A stretch of 64,000 bases of DNA from Octopus vulgaris (GCA_951406725.2 OX597816.1:30194001-30258000); one strand, 5' to 3'. Counted from the first letter of the stretch, positions 1 to 12,995 are shown. Numbers and translations: made by a program. The notes: generated from the sequence alone by a model not told the origin.

Positions 1-48
1 TCCAGCATGGACGCAGTCAAATGACTGAAACAAGTAAAAGAGTAAAGA

Positions 49-49
<1 letters not shown>
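1..49 (+). mobile_element. SINE family A, 3' tail truncated by window edge
   Basis: tccagcatgg..cagtcaaatgactgaaacaagtaaaagag matches the tail of full copies such as 2403-2811. Confidence 0.85.
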
Positions 50-92
<43 letters not shown>

Positions 93-282
93 GAATATTT
101 TCAAATGAGGAAGAATTTACGAATTTTTTCTCTTACGAGGTTTTTCTCGCTGACTACTGATAATTTCTTTTTAAGATTTTATCCTCAATTGTTAATATAT
201 ATATATATATATATTGATTCGTTAGTTACTGCACGCATTTTTTTTCTCTCCTTCTTTCTGTGTTTTTTTTTCTCTCTGTGTA

Positions 283-320
283 TCTTTCTGTTGAAGAGCG
301 TAGGCTCGAAACGTTAAAGA
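283..320 (+). ncRNA. Hammerhead-like motif (type I, variant core) in a short Penelope-like repeat (~215-420)
   Basis: Stem I tcttt/aaaga, core CTGTTGA (A6 to U), stem II gagc/gctc, GAAA, palindromic ACGT stem III, GUU site; related copies at 30270, 38040, 40362, 54423. Confidence 0.55.
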
Positions 321-417
321 CTTGTTTTATTTATATTTCCTGAGCGCCATACTAATACAATTGTTTGTTTGTTTTCCACCTGCCTTCGTCTTTTGTCTAT
401 TTTCATAAAGCTTCCCG

Positions 418-476
<59 letters not shown>

Positions 477-727
477 ACAATTAAGGGTAGAAATTGATAT
501 TAGTCAATTAAAACCAGTGGTCTAACACATTAAAAAGAATCCGAAGATTATAATATTTATATATACCAATTAAGGACTGAACACGAAAATGTGGACAGTC
601 AACATGCTAGATATAGACGCCAAATCGCCATTCTCCACAAAGATTTTGTTCTCAAATAAAAATAAAAATTCAGCACGACCAGAAGCAATGGGTGAGACAA
701 AAGAAATATACTAAATGGAATAATTAC

Positions 728-787
728 CTACGTACTGCAGTTTCAGCTATTAATATCACAAGGATATCTGTAGCTTCATCAGCGTAG
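728..787 (-). ncRNA. Type-I hammerhead ribozyme with canonical core, in a Penelope-like segment (~475-900) flanked by (TA)n
   Basis: Minus strand reads ctacg-CTGATGA-agcta...tagct-GAA-actgcagt-A-cgtag: perfect stem I, 5-bp stem II, palindromic stem III, GUA triplet. Confidence 0.85.
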
Positions 788-899
788 TTTGTTATGAGCA
801 TAATATGCTGTACTAGATGAAAAACGGTACCGGAGTCCCGCATGCAAAAAGTACAACCTATTACATTCTGATGTATCGTTCGAATGCCTCTACTTAATT

Positions 900-972
<73 letters not shown>

Positions 973-1674
973 TAAAAGCTAGGCTTGTTAAAAGACGGCT
1001 AAATATATGATTTATAAAACCGAGATGTTTTTGTCCGGGACTGATCTGGTTGAACTCGCACATGTTTTACGCAGGTTCCATCGTGCTTCGCAAAACAAAC
1101 ATTCATTTCTTAAGTAAAGCATTCGAAATTATATTGACTGTTAATTCAAGCAGTTGCAGCAGAGATGGCTCACAGCTGTATGCCTACATCAAGCAGATGC
1201 TGAAATCCATTTTGTTTTTATCAAATACTTCGTTAGAGTCACCCAATGAATCTTTTCTTCTTCTTGGTGTCTCACTTTCTGTCGATGATTTCGTTGCTAG
1301 CTATCGCTTCGTGTGTATTTTCTTTAAAATAGTTTCCATTTCTCTTCTTTGTTTTTATTTTCCCCTTTGTTTTGACGTCTGTTGATTTTTTGTTTGTTTT
1401 TATTCTTATTGCTGGCGTCTTTGTTGTTGTTATTTTTAATTTATCTCTCCTGAAAACAGAGGTCGTACCCGTTACCACCAGCGAAGACACTGTTGTTGGT
1501 TCGAGTCTTCATAAAGAAACGTTTTAACTTGCTTTAAGCCACATGGGTGGCTCTAAATATGCTTCAAAATTGCGTAAGGTCGCCGCATCCAGATGATATT
1601 CAAAAAAACATATGTGTTATTATATGATTTACATAAATATAGCATTGCTATGTTTTGGAAGCTGGCACTCACAC

Positions 1675-1917
1675 ACATGTACGTGCCCGTATTTATATAT
1701 GTGTGCGTATTCATGTGTATCTGTGTAGGTGTGTGAGTGAGTGTGTCAGTGAGTATATGTGCGTGCATGTGTGTGTGTATGTGTGTATGTGTGTGTGTGT
1801 ATACATACACACCCTCCACCCACCCACGCATGCATGCACTCAGAGACAGACATATACACATGTGCTCGAGCATCCGAACTTGTGTGCGTGTGTATATACA
1901 TATGTAGCAAGGGAGAT

Positions 1918-1974
<57 letters not shown>

Positions 1975-1990
1975 AAGAGAGAGAAATAGA
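1675..1990. repeat. Compound (TG)n/(CA)n/(GA)n microsatellite
   Basis: Visible dinucleotide runs; explains overlapping low-complexity ORFs. Confidence 0.9.
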
Positions 1991-2402
1991 GTCGGGGATA
2001 TAGTGTCTTTCCGGATAAATACATACAGGTGTCTGTAAACTTAAAATTTTAAAAAATATAGACAAATTGACAGTTTGGTTAAAGAAGAGGGTGGATGAAA
2101 AGTAGAGGAAGGGCTCCACGGAGATTGAGGTGAAAATGAAAGAAGTGTCAGGCATAAAGCAATGCAAGCTTTCATACATGCATGCATTCATACATATATT
2201 TATATTGTCTGGTTTGGGGCCTTCAGAATCTTGATGGAGTCGTAAGGCCCTGTTGTTATATAAACTGTGTTTTGTTAAGAGAATAAAAATCTATGAAAAA
2301 CAATACTTTTAAAATTCAGTAACGTTCCTTTTTCGTCACGTGTGGGTCAGTCATCTTGCTTTGATATATATATATATATATATATATGTATATGTATATA
2401 TA

Positions 2403-2569
2403 TAGGAGTGGCTGTGTGGTAAATAGCTTGCTTACCAACCATATGGTTCCGGGTTCAGTCCCACTGCGTGGCACCTTGGGCAAGTGTCTTCTACTATAGC
2501 CTCGGGCCGACCAAAGCCTTGTGAGCGGATTTGGTAGACAGAAGCTGAAAGAGGCCCGTCGTATATATG

Positions 2570-2602
<33 letters not shown>

Positions 2603-2811
2603 TTGTGTGTCTGTGTTTGTCCCCCCAACATCGCTTGACAACCGATGGTGATGTGTTTACGTCCCCGTAACTTAACGGTTCGGCAAAAGTGACCGATAGA
2701 ATAAGTACGAGGCTTACAAAGAATAAGTCCTGGGGTCAAATTACTCGACTAAAGGCGGTGCTCCAGCATGGCCACAGTCAAATGACTGAAACAAGTAAAA
2801 GAGTAGAAGAG
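2403..2811 (+). mobile_element. tRNA-derived SINE family A, full length
   Basis: A-box-like tggctgtgtgg, B-box-like ggttcagtcc, CORE-like accttgggcaagtg, internal (TA)n(TG)n, (gtaaaaga)n-type tail; many copies in window. Confidence 0.9.
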
Positions 2812-2852
<41 letters not shown>

Positions 2853-2924
2853 TATATATAAAAAAAATTTTCGTAATGAGATAAGAAACCAACGCTGAAT
2901 ATATTTTAGAACATTTATAGATAT

Positions 2925-2972
2925 GTCTTACAGCTGTTTCCAGGATATTTATTATATCCCTTCATCGGAGAC
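2925..2972 (-). ncRNA. Type-I hammerhead ribozyme motif in a Penelope-like segment (~2860-3150)
   Basis: Minus strand: gtct-CCGATGA-ag ggatat aataa atatcc tg-GAA-acagctgt-A-agac; palindromic stem III, GUA site. Confidence 0.7.
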
Positions 2973-3176
2973 GGTGTGAGAGGATGGTCAAATAATAGTT
3001 AATTTAGATAGGATACAAAATAGAGAGTGAGGTGGAGGAAAGAAAATAGATGTGAGGTATATGTAGGGATATTGAATTTGTTGATCCATTTTTTAGGCAA
3101 AATGTTACATATGTAAGATTCCAATACTTTATGAGTAAAATCCAACAATACTTAAATATATATGTACACACATATA

Positions 3177-3253
<77 letters not shown>

Positions 3254-3254
3254 A

Positions 3255-4095
3255 TTTGGGATAAAGAAGAGAAACTGTGTACAGTTGTGGACACTAGCCG
3301 TCCAGCGGATGTTAACATTAAGCTGAAGATCAGTGAAACAGAGAATACCTATGCTAAACTATTGAGTAATTAGTGGTTACTCTATAGAGATTACAAGTTC
3401 AGGTTTATACCTGTAATTATTGGGACCCTGGGATATGGAGCACACTGCCTAAATATTAATCTTGAGAAATTAGGCTTCTCAAAAACCAGAAAGGAGAAAG
3501 CTAATTGGAAGACTAGAGATCCAATCCATTACTGAAACTAAAAATCTGTAAAACTTTCCAGAAGTTTATCATTTAAATATATATGAGCATATCTAGATGT
3601 GCAAGCATACATATATGAAGCGTGGAGGCGCAATGGCCTAGTGGTTAGGGCAGCGGACTCGCGGTCGTAGGATCGCTGTTTCGATTCCCAGACCGGACGT
3701 TATGTGTGTTTATTGAGCGAAAACACCTTAAAAGCTCCACGAGGCTCCGGCAGGGGGTGGTGATCCCTGCTGTACTCTTTCACAACTCTTTCTCTCACTC
3801 TTTCTTCTGTTGGCCTGCTCGCTTAGCAAGCGGGGTGGCGTCATTCGATGTGTAGCAACATCTGATGGTCTGGTCGTGATCACGTGACATATATAAAGCA
3901 AAACATACAAATCTGCACACATACATACTTATATACATACATATATACATACATACATACGTACATACATACATACAAACGAACAAAAGTTGTTGATGTT
4001 GAAATTCCCATGAAGGTGCCTTGAATCTAGGTTAGAAACCAGCTCTTTCTCTATTGGCAAGAAATCTTGAAATAAAACTGAACAATGACATACAT
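3255..4095 (+). mobile_element. 3' fragment of a restriction-like-endonuclease non-LTR retrotransposon (R4/NeSL-like), interrupted by SINE C
   Basis: Translation IWDKEEKLCTVVDTSRPADVNIKLKISETENTYAKL..YKFRFIPVIIGTLG resembles the RLE C-terminus; contains stops; ends in (TACA)n. Confidence 0.65.
3622..3886 (+). mobile_element. tRNA-derived SINE family C
   Basis: Head tggcctagtggttag..gtttcgattccc (A and B boxes); 13-bp TSD acatatat(g/a)aagc at 3609-3621 and 3887-3899. Confidence 0.85.
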
Positions 4096-4261
4096 AGATA
4101 TATGCACGCAGGCGCGTATGTATCAACACAGTAGGTGCAGTATTACTAGTTACCTTCGCAGGTCTCAGTCTCGGATTTGATCCTATTGCACAGTCTTCAG
4201 CAAATGTCCTCTGTGTGAAAATAAGTTGATGTATCGAAGCCTGTCAAGAGGATTGTACCTG

Positions 4262-4696
4262 AGATCTTTTCGGTTTGAACGGCAGTTTTTAACATAATTT
4301 CTAGGTAACTAAAAAATTTTAAACTTCGTATACTGGTAGAATGTGTTTATAAAACATCTTTTTCTCTTGGCTTTATTGAGAAAATTCTATAGTTTGTAAG
4401 ATATTTGTTGTTTTTTTCTTCAATTTCTGCAATTTCAACCAATCAATGACGTCCATTGAGGTAAAAAAAAAAACATTCTGTGCCATATGAATAAGTCCCT
4501 CGTTTAAGAAACAGATTGGGTTTATTTACATTTGTGAAGAAAAAAAATACCCTTCCCCCACCCCTAACCCTAAACCTAACTAACCCTAACCCTAAAACAG
4601 ATTGAAATGCAATAGATCGATACTAGGGTCATAATTACGGGTGACAATTTCATATGATACCGCTAGAAAAAACTGCCGTTCAAACCGAAAAGATCC
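4262..4696 (+). mobile_element. Non-autonomous TIR element (MITE family D) with internal telomere-like tract
   Basis: ~29-bp TIR (g)gatcttttcggtttgaacggcagttttt; flanks tgtacctg/tgttcctg (8-bp TSD, 1 mismatch); (ccctaa)n at ~4561-4595. Confidence 0.9.
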
Positions 4697-4919
4697 TGTT
4701 CCTGTAATTCAAAAGGATTAAACCCTGTGGTACAGCACGTCACTAATATTCTGTCTGGGAATTACATTAACATTACACGTGTCTAGGATACTTAGCTACT
4801 TACAAGTCAATTCAACGAGCATGAAATGCAGTTGATAGGACAAGCAAATCCGCTTTTTTGAACGAAGAAGATCCATCAGATACGTCGTATGTGTGTGTGT
4901 TTTATAATAAACAGACCCC

Positions 4920-5348
4920 GGATCTTTTCGGTTTGAACGGCAGTTTTTTCTAGCGGTGTCATATGAAATTGTCATCCATAATTATGACCCTAGTATCGAT
5001 CTATTGCATTTCAATCTGTTTTAGGGTCAGGGTTAGTTAGGGTTAGGGGTAGGGGGAAGGGTTACTTTTTTCTTCACAAATGTAAATAAACCCAATCTGT
5101 TTCTTAAACGAGGGACATATTCATACGGCACAGAATGTTTTTTTTACCTCAATAGACGTCATTGATTGGTTGAAATTGCAGAAATTGAAGGAAAAAAGAC
5201 AACAAATATCTTACAAACTATAGAATTTTCTCAATAAAACCAAGAGAAAAAGATGTTTTATAAACACATTCTACCAGTATACGAAGTTTAAAATTTCTTA
5301 GTTACCTAGAAATTATGTTAAAAACTGCCGTTCAAACCGAAAAGATCC
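4920..5348 (-). mobile_element. MITE family D, inverted copy
   Basis: Same TIRs and internal sequence in reverse orientation; ttaggg-like tract ~5020-5056; TSD not clean. Confidence 0.9.
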
Positions 5349-5863
5349 TAAACCGATCCTTTACTTGAACCCTTAAAATTAATATCTTTCGTATGCTACT
5401 GCGACGTTGTCAGATTTAAAATACGCACACACGCACACTTTCTCTAACACACGCATATCCACTCACATACACGCACGCCTATATTTACACCTTTTCACAG
5501 GGTCCTTACACCGGTTAAATACTTTGGCTGTCATAATGTCTACCATTATTAATATTGTCCCTTGCTCTCTTTTTCTTTGTCCCCCTTTCTTATTCTCTTT
5601 CCTTTCCCTCTCGCTTCTTTTCTCTCCCCGCACTCTTTCCCCCATATCTCAACTTCACTAATTTTTAAATAACTGTTTCTCATGTAGACATGAATTGCCA
5701 TGTTTTTGTTTATTCTACATGTGAGAAATGATGCTTTGGCGTTCATGCCTCTCACAAAAAAAAATGACACAATCATTCCACTTTACCTCAACATTTCGAA
5801 TTCGATTAAAATTCTCATAATTTCTCGTTGGTTTTGACAGTTTGTAGACACTTATTCAAAGGC

Positions 5864-5942
5864 AAGGTCAGCTAGCTGACCTTTAAACAAAGCAAGGTCA
5901 ACATACTGACCTTTATCAAATCAAGGTCAAACTGTTAACCTT
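5864..5942. promoter_or_regulatory. Three tandem AAGGTCA-N6-TGACCTT palindromes (nuclear-receptor-like inverted half-sites)
   Basis: aaggtca gctagc tgacctt; aaggtca acatac tgacctt; aaggtca aactgt taacctt; period 29-30 bp. Function unproven. Confidence 0.35.
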
Positions 5943-6176
5943 TTCTGTTATGCAACATACATACGTTAGCAGAAATATGCTAGGAACTTAGGATTTGTGA
6001 TGTTGAAAATCCTTTTAGCATTTCAGAGAATCGGGGCTAAGAAATAATTTTTTCAAGCTTTTGTTTTTAATGCTGTTGTATAGTTTTAACCCCAAATCAG
6101 CCAATGTACAAGTAGGACTACAATTAGACTGCTCAAGCGATGACTATGGTGTCTATTTAACAATAATAGTGCAATT

Positions 6177-6296
6177 CCTTTGGGCCTTATCATGCTCAGT
6201 TCACTGGTTCTCGTTCGATCACCGAAGTTAAACCATATCGAGCCTAGTTAGTAATTACATGGGTGATAGGTTTGGAAGCCTAGGTGCAAGAAGTAT
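6177..6296 (+). pseudogene. 5S rRNA pseudogene or 5S-derived fragment
   Basis: ggttctcgttcgatcaccgaagttaa..tcgagcctagttagta..atgggtga matches metazoan 5S rRNA including the internal control region, with many substitutions. Confidence 0.8.
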
Positions 6297-6355
6297 CTCA
6301 ATTTTAAAAAAGGCTCAGAGCTTGAAAAACTGTTAGTATGCCGGGCAAAAATATA

Positions 6356-6750
6356 GCGGCGAGCTGGCAGACACGTTAGCACGCCGGGCTAAATGCTTAG
6401 CAGTATTTCGTCTGCTGTTACGTTCTGAGTTCAAATTCCGCCGAGGTCGACTTTGCCGTTCATCCTTTCGGGGTCGATAAATTAAGCACCAGTTACGCAC
6501 TGGGGTCGATGTAATCGACTTAATACCTATGTCTGTCCTTGTTTGTCCCCTCTGTGTTTAGCCCCTTGTGGGCAATAAAGAAATAGGTATTTCGTCCGAC
6601 TTCACGATACCATTTTAAAATTCTGTTAAGTCGACTTTGCTTGTCAACCTTTTGAAATCGATAAAATAAGTATCAGTTGATTATTGGGATCGATATAATT
6701 GACCTGCACGTTCCTTGCAATTGCTTGTCTTGTGCCAAAATTTGAAATCA
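6356..6750 (+). mobile_element. SINE family B: head, one unit and a decayed second unit
   Basis: gcgagctggcaga..gttagc head, B-box gagttcaaattcc, body gtcgactttgcc..catcctttcggggtcgata; restarts after aaagaaatag|gtatttcgtc. Confidence 0.85.
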
Positions 6751-6788
6751 ATATTGGTGCATCTAGAATAATACTTTCTTCATGACAG

Positions 6789-7186
6789 TACTCTTTTACT
6801 TGTTTCAGTCATGTGACTGTGGCCATGCTGGAGAACCGCCTTTAGTCGAGCAAAGCGACCCCAGGTCTTATTCTTTGTAAGCCTAGTATTTATTCTACCG
6901 GTCTCTTTTGCCAAACCGCTAAATTACGGTGACGTAAACACACCATCATCGGTTGTCAAGCGATGTTGGGGGGGGGGGGACAAACGCAGACACACGAACA
7001 TATACACACATACATATATATATATATACGACTGGCATCTTTCAGTTTCCGTCTACCACATCCACTCACAAGGCTTTGGTCGGCTCGAGGCTATAGTAAA
7101 AGACACTTTGTCCAAGGTGTCACGCAGTGGGACTGAACCCGGAACAATGTGGTTAGTAAGCAAGCTACTTACCGCGCAGCCACTCT
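6789..7186 (-). mobile_element. SINE family A
   Basis: Reverse-complement match to 2403-2811. Confidence 0.9.
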
Positions 7187-7785
7187 TGATGGAGACTTGA
7201 TCGTTAATTCTGGCAGACAGTGTGGCCATATAGGACAGCAGGTTCTCACTCGTTGGGTCACCATATTAAGAATATATATATATATACACACACGCGTGTG
7301 TGTGTGTGTGTGTGTGTCTGTGAGTGTGTAGAGGAGTTAGTGTGCCGAATTGAAAATAAAGAATAAATCCTTACAAGAAAAGTGGTTCCTCCAAGGTTGG
7401 AATATTTGCATTTCTCCCAGATTCCTGTGATAAGTGCAAGGATGAGAGTGATGTAAACATAGTGCTGTAGAGTGTATGTCCAAATAAGGATCCAATACGT
7501 TTCCAAGCGGCATCATTGCTGCATTGGACGAAAGTCTGCACTCAGCATGTGATGAAAGGATTGTTCTTCAGTCCGTATCTGTGTATGTGCGTACGTGCTT
7601 GCGTGTGTGTATGTGTGCGCGCGTGAGTGCACAAATGAGTGAGTGTGTACGTATATGCGTGTATTACATGGACTCGCATAGATGTAACAACACATACTCA
7701 CACACAAACGCACACACATACAAAAACATACTTCATAACTGATCGTTTTCATAAATGACCTAAAAACATCAAAAATATTTGATGA

Positions 7786-8105
<320 letters not shown>

Positions 8106-8596
8106 ACTGACATTCTTGACATGTCGATCAAGGTAACCCAATTTTCAGTCATTCGATGTAACTCGCCAGCTTTTTTTGTTTTTTTGCTGACATTTTAACA
8201 TTTATTTTCTTTATTTTTATTTTTCATTTTCTCTTCGACATACTCTTTTTTTTTCCACAAGAAGGAGAAAAAAAAATATAAGGAACAAAAGAGAATTAAT
8301 ATGGTGCCTTTCAATGTTGACAGTTACCAATTTATTGAAAAAACAAATAATTTCCCTTACACGATATAAATCTATTCTTTAAATACCCTATTCATGTCAC
8401 CACACTACACGATATGTCTGCTTCCCACCCTCGTACACTTGGTATATACTGTCTTTCGGACAATTCTTGTCAACGTGTTATGCAAGTTTGACTAAGTCAA
8501 AACAATCTGAGCGTACGTACGTACAAAGTACAAACATCAACACGCATGTTGATGCACTCGCTTGTACCTGTGTGTAAATGTGCACATGTGTGTGTA

Positions 8597-8669
<73 letters not shown>

Positions 8670-9545
8670 GTGTGTGCGTGCTATTAAATAGAGCCTTGAA
8701 AGCGATGACAAGGGATGTTGACCATGTTTAAGTTGGGGTGTATAGATTCTTTGGCGCCACCATTCAGAAAACATAAGACGTGTTATTATGAGAGGAGAGT
8801 TTTCATCCCTCCTCTTAACCATTATCATTCCTGACTCCGTCCAACATACGTTTATTGGTGACATGTCGTAAACAAACACTGGAACCATTTCAGGATGCTA
8901 GAAATAACAGCCAGTTATCACTCGTATTACGTGGCAGTTTGGTCGTGTGGTAACTTCGTTATGCTAAGATACTAGATATCTTAGTGTAAGGTGTTTCAGT
9001 CCTATGTAACCGCATCACCAGCTTTCTCATTTATTCGTCTTAACGGCGGTGCATCAGCATGGCCGTAGCTCTGAGCTGAAACTAAAAAAAATAAATAAAA
9101 AAAAGCAAGCAATGGTTATGGCTGAGACATCTTTAAACTTAGATCTGCTCGTCCAAGGTTGATTGGTAGCTATCTAACTACAGCTACAACTTCCACTGTT
9201 TTTAAATTTAGCTATAGTATTTTTGCTGAGAGAACAACAGGGATCCATTATCTCACCCATTCCTTTTAGTCTGTACCCGCACGATTTTTCCCACACACAC
9301 TCAAAGCAACCTCATGCGAAAATAGCATCACACTCCTTTTTGCTACTGTTCTCATCACACAACGGTACAGCATTTCCACCAGTATTTAAACCACGTATAA
9401 ATCTGGCACCCCAGGTCGATAAATTAAGTACAAGTTGCGTACTGGGGTCGATCAACAACAACAAATCTCAATATACTACAAACCACACTAAATAGCGCGC
9501 TACACCTCCTAAAACAATATGTCTGCCACTCAAACCAGATAATGA

Positions 9546-9779
9546 AGGTTCACGTCGAAATGGTTAGAGTACTGCGCTTACGACCGTAAGACCATGGTTT
9601 CGATTCCAGGACCAGGCAGTGCGTTGTGTTCTTCAGTTCAGTCCACACATCTGTAAATGTGTAACCGTGTGACGGACTGGCATCCCGTCCAAAGGCGTAT
9701 GTTGTGATCTCGGTCGTTCTTACGCCATGGAAACCAAGCAACCGGCTTATATGTCCTACGACTCGAGTCAGTAACAACG
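9546..9779 (+). mobile_element. Old tRNA-derived SINE sharing a tail with family C
   Basis: tggttagag..ggtttcgattcc head; gactggcatcccgtcc and gaaacc..aaccggc tail similar to the copies at 18575 and 32911. Confidence 0.55.
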
Positions 9780-10110
9780 ATGTGTCAACCGATAGATGTT
9801 GAATAATAAATAGATAAAAGCAACCACATAAAATATTCAGTCAGATATTTTTCTGCAGCATCAATAATTTCATTAATCCTTTTGCTTGGATACACGCCAG
9901 TAGCAGGTGAGAATGAGTGATAACTATCGCATAATGAATAATTCAACCATGACCGCCTCTTCTGTGGCTGCCTTAGAGTCTACTGGCAAATATTTTCATT
10001 CCAGATCGGAAATATTTGAAGTAAGTTTGCCTCAAGATTCTCAGCCGGAGATGAAATTCCTGCGCACAATGTAATCAAATACATATGTATATTAATATAT
10101 TTGTAATTTA

Positions 10111-10865
10111 AGGCGGTGAGCTGGCAGAAACGTTAGCACGTCGGGCGAAATGCATCTGCCGCTACGTTCTGAGTTCAAATTCCGCCGAGGTCGACTTTGC
10201 TTTTCATCCTTTCGGGGTCGATTAAATAAGTACCAGTTACGCACTGGAGTCGATGTAATCGACTTAATCCCTTTGTCTGTCCTTGTTTGTCTCCTCTGTG
10301 TTTAGACCCTTGTGGGTAGTAAAGAAATAGGTATTTCGTCTGCCGCTACGTTCTGAGTTCAAATTCCGCCGAGGTCGACTTTGCTTTTCATCCTTTCGGG
10401 GTCGATTAAATAAGTACCAGTTACGCACTGGAGTCGATGTAATCGACTTAATCCCTTTGTCTGTCCTTGTTTGTCTCCTCTGTGTTTAGACCCTTGTGGG
10501 TAGTAAAGAAATAGGTATTTCATCTGCCGCTACGTTCTGAGTTCAAATTCCGCCGAGGTCGACTTTGCTTTTCATCCTTTCGGGGTCGATTAAATAAGTA
10601 CCAGTTACGCACTGGAGTCGATGTAATCGACTTAATCCCTTTGTCTGTCCTTGTTTGTCTCCTCTGTGTTTAGACCCTTGTGGGTAGTAAAGAAATAGGT
10701 ATTTCGTCTGCCGCTACGTTCTGAGTTCAAATTCCGCCGAGGTCGGCTTTGCCTTTCTTCCTTTTTAGGTCGATAAATTAAGTATCTGTTGCGTACTGGG
10801 GTCGATCAAATCGACCGGTCTCCTCCCCGCAAATTTCGGGCATTGTGCCTAGTGTAGAAAAGAAT
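10111..10865 (+). mobile_element. SINE family B multimer: head, three 184-bp units, alternative tail
   Basis: Units restart at gtattt 10331, 10515, 10699; units share private variants (gcttttcatc, ctggagtcg, tttagaccc). Confidence 0.9.
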
Positions 10866-10881
10866 GTATTTGTAACTAAAA

Positions 10882-11095
10882 CGGCGGTGAGCTGGCAGAC
10901 TCTTTAGCACACCGGACAAAATGCTTGGCGGCATTTCGTCCGTCTTTTTGTTCTGAGTTCAAATTCCACCGAGGTCGATTTTACTTTTCATGATTTCGGG
11001 GTTCATAAGATAAATACCTGTTGATGACTGGGGCTGATATAATCGACTGATTTCTTCTTGAAAATTGCTGGCCGTGTGCCCAAATTTTAAACCAT
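10882..11095 (+). mobile_element. Older SINE family B monomer
   Basis: Diverged head, B-box and body. Confidence 0.75.
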
Positions 11096-11973
11096 TACAC
11101 ATGTATCTAAATATGTATAACTATAGGAATATATATTGATGTTGTTGCGAAATATAACATATGTATGAAATATATGCAGGTGTTATAAAATGTAGATATA
11201 CATACATGAGCAGACCAGTTCATAACAGACAGATAGTCTGACCAAATTTATTATTTATTAAGCCTTTCAAGTCTTCGTCTTTCATATACATTTACTTTTT
11301 ACTTAACTTTGCTTGTCGTTCTCTCGCCTTTCTTTTTCCCTTCTTTCTCTCCCTCTCTATTTCTTCCCCCTCTCTCGTGCTTCACTTCTGTTTCTCTCTC
11401 TCTCTCTGCCTTTCTTACACCACAACTACCTCTGACTTTACTTCCCTATAGCTTTTCTCCAACCAACTGTATCACAGTCTTGCTGTGTACCTCAATTATT
11501 TTTACCCCACCCTCTTCTCTCTTTCGCTCTCTTACCTATGTACCATTTCTCGTTTTGTTCCCCTACTTCTACTTACTCTTTCCTCTCTTCTCCATTATTT
11601 CTCTCTCTCTCTCTCTCTCTCTCCCTTCTGCTCCTTTCGTTTCTACTCTCAATGGCAACAATAAAGCCACCTCCTTTATCTTAATCCAGCTTAAATCTCT
11701 GTGTAGAGACCCCGATACACAACAAAACCTCAACGTCCACCCCACCACCACACACACAATCTCCCTCCCTTCTAACTGACAAATGATTATCACAAATGTA
11801 TATCTACAGGTGAGCGCTAACACAGAAGGGGGTAAACTATTCGTAGAGCAGGGGGATAGGTTGGCTGGGGTTAGAGAATGTGAAGTTGGGTGTGATGAAT
11901 TACAATTAACATCGCCATCAACATTATTATTGTCACCGTCGTCGTCGTCGTCGTCTGGATCATCAACATCTTG

Positions 11974-12015
<42 letters not shown>

Positions 12016-12033
12016 GAAATCAGAATTGTTGAT

Positions 12034-12428
12034 GTAGGAGTGGCTGTGTGGTAAGTAGCTTGCTTACCAACCACATGGTCCCGGGTTCAGTCACACTGCG
12101 TGACACCTTGGGCAAGTGTCTTCTACTATAGCCTCGGGCCGATCAAAGCCTTGTGAGTGGATTTGGTAGACGGAAACTGAAAGAAGCCCGTCGTATATAT
12201 GAATATATATATGTGTGTGTGTGTTTGTCCCCCCCCAACATCGCTTGACAACCGATGCTGGTGTGTTTACGTCCCTGTAACTGAGCAGTTCGGCAAAAGG
12301 GACCGATAGAATAAGTACTGGGCTTACAAAGAATAAGTCCCCGGGTCGATTTGTTCGACTAAAGGCGGTGCTCCAGCCTGGCCGCAGTCAAATGACTGAA
12401 ACAAGTAAAAGAGTGACAGAGTAAAGAA
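12034..12428 (+). mobile_element. SINE family A
   Basis: Full-length match. Confidence 0.9.
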
Positions 12429-12891
12429 TATTCTTTTTACTGATTTCAGTGGTCGGAACACGGCCATACTGGGACACCACAATTACAGGTTATTCATCAA
12501 ACGCATCGACTTTAGTGCTTGTTTCAGTTTAGTATTTATTTTATCAATCTCTGATTATGAAGATGCTAAGTTATGATTGACGGAGGCAGTATAATTTACT
12601 AGTTTTACACCGATAACCATAAAGACACACACGCGCAATCAAATACTGAAACAATCGAATATACACATATAAAAGCTTGTAATTTGAGAAAATTCGAATT
12701 ATTCATTAAATGAGGAAACGTGATCTTCGAAAACTGCGGGATGTTTAAGTTCTATACGGTAAAATACGCTGAGGTGATCTCATCTGTAATGTCTGTGGTA
12801 ATATCAGACTTTCAAAAGCCAGTCTTGTCACCCGTGTAACATTAGAGGTTAGGAGACCAACATGAGGAATATATATATATATATATGTATG

Positions 12892-12995
<104 letters not shown>

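Noticed and set aside
1050-1490. ORFs and a minus-strand acceptor (ctctgttttcag, ~1451) as a further exon
   Set aside because: Joining to the 13579 donor gives an immediate TGA; no homology; cannot be distinguished from chance
3622-3695. Possible tRNA gene
   Set aside because: tRNA-like head continues into a SINE body, is flanked by a TSD and lacks a proper acceptor stem
4561-4595. True telomere or chromosome-fusion scar
   Set aside because: Short TTAGGG-like tracts always occupy the same position inside MITE D
9850-10026. Plus-strand micro-exon candidates bounded by ag/gt
   Set aside because: No supporting partner exons; such signals arise by chance in AT-rich DNA
10155-10740. CRISPR-like appearance of regular repeats
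   Set aside because: 184-bp units are wholly repeated with no unique spacers and no cas genes; eukaryotic SINE multimer
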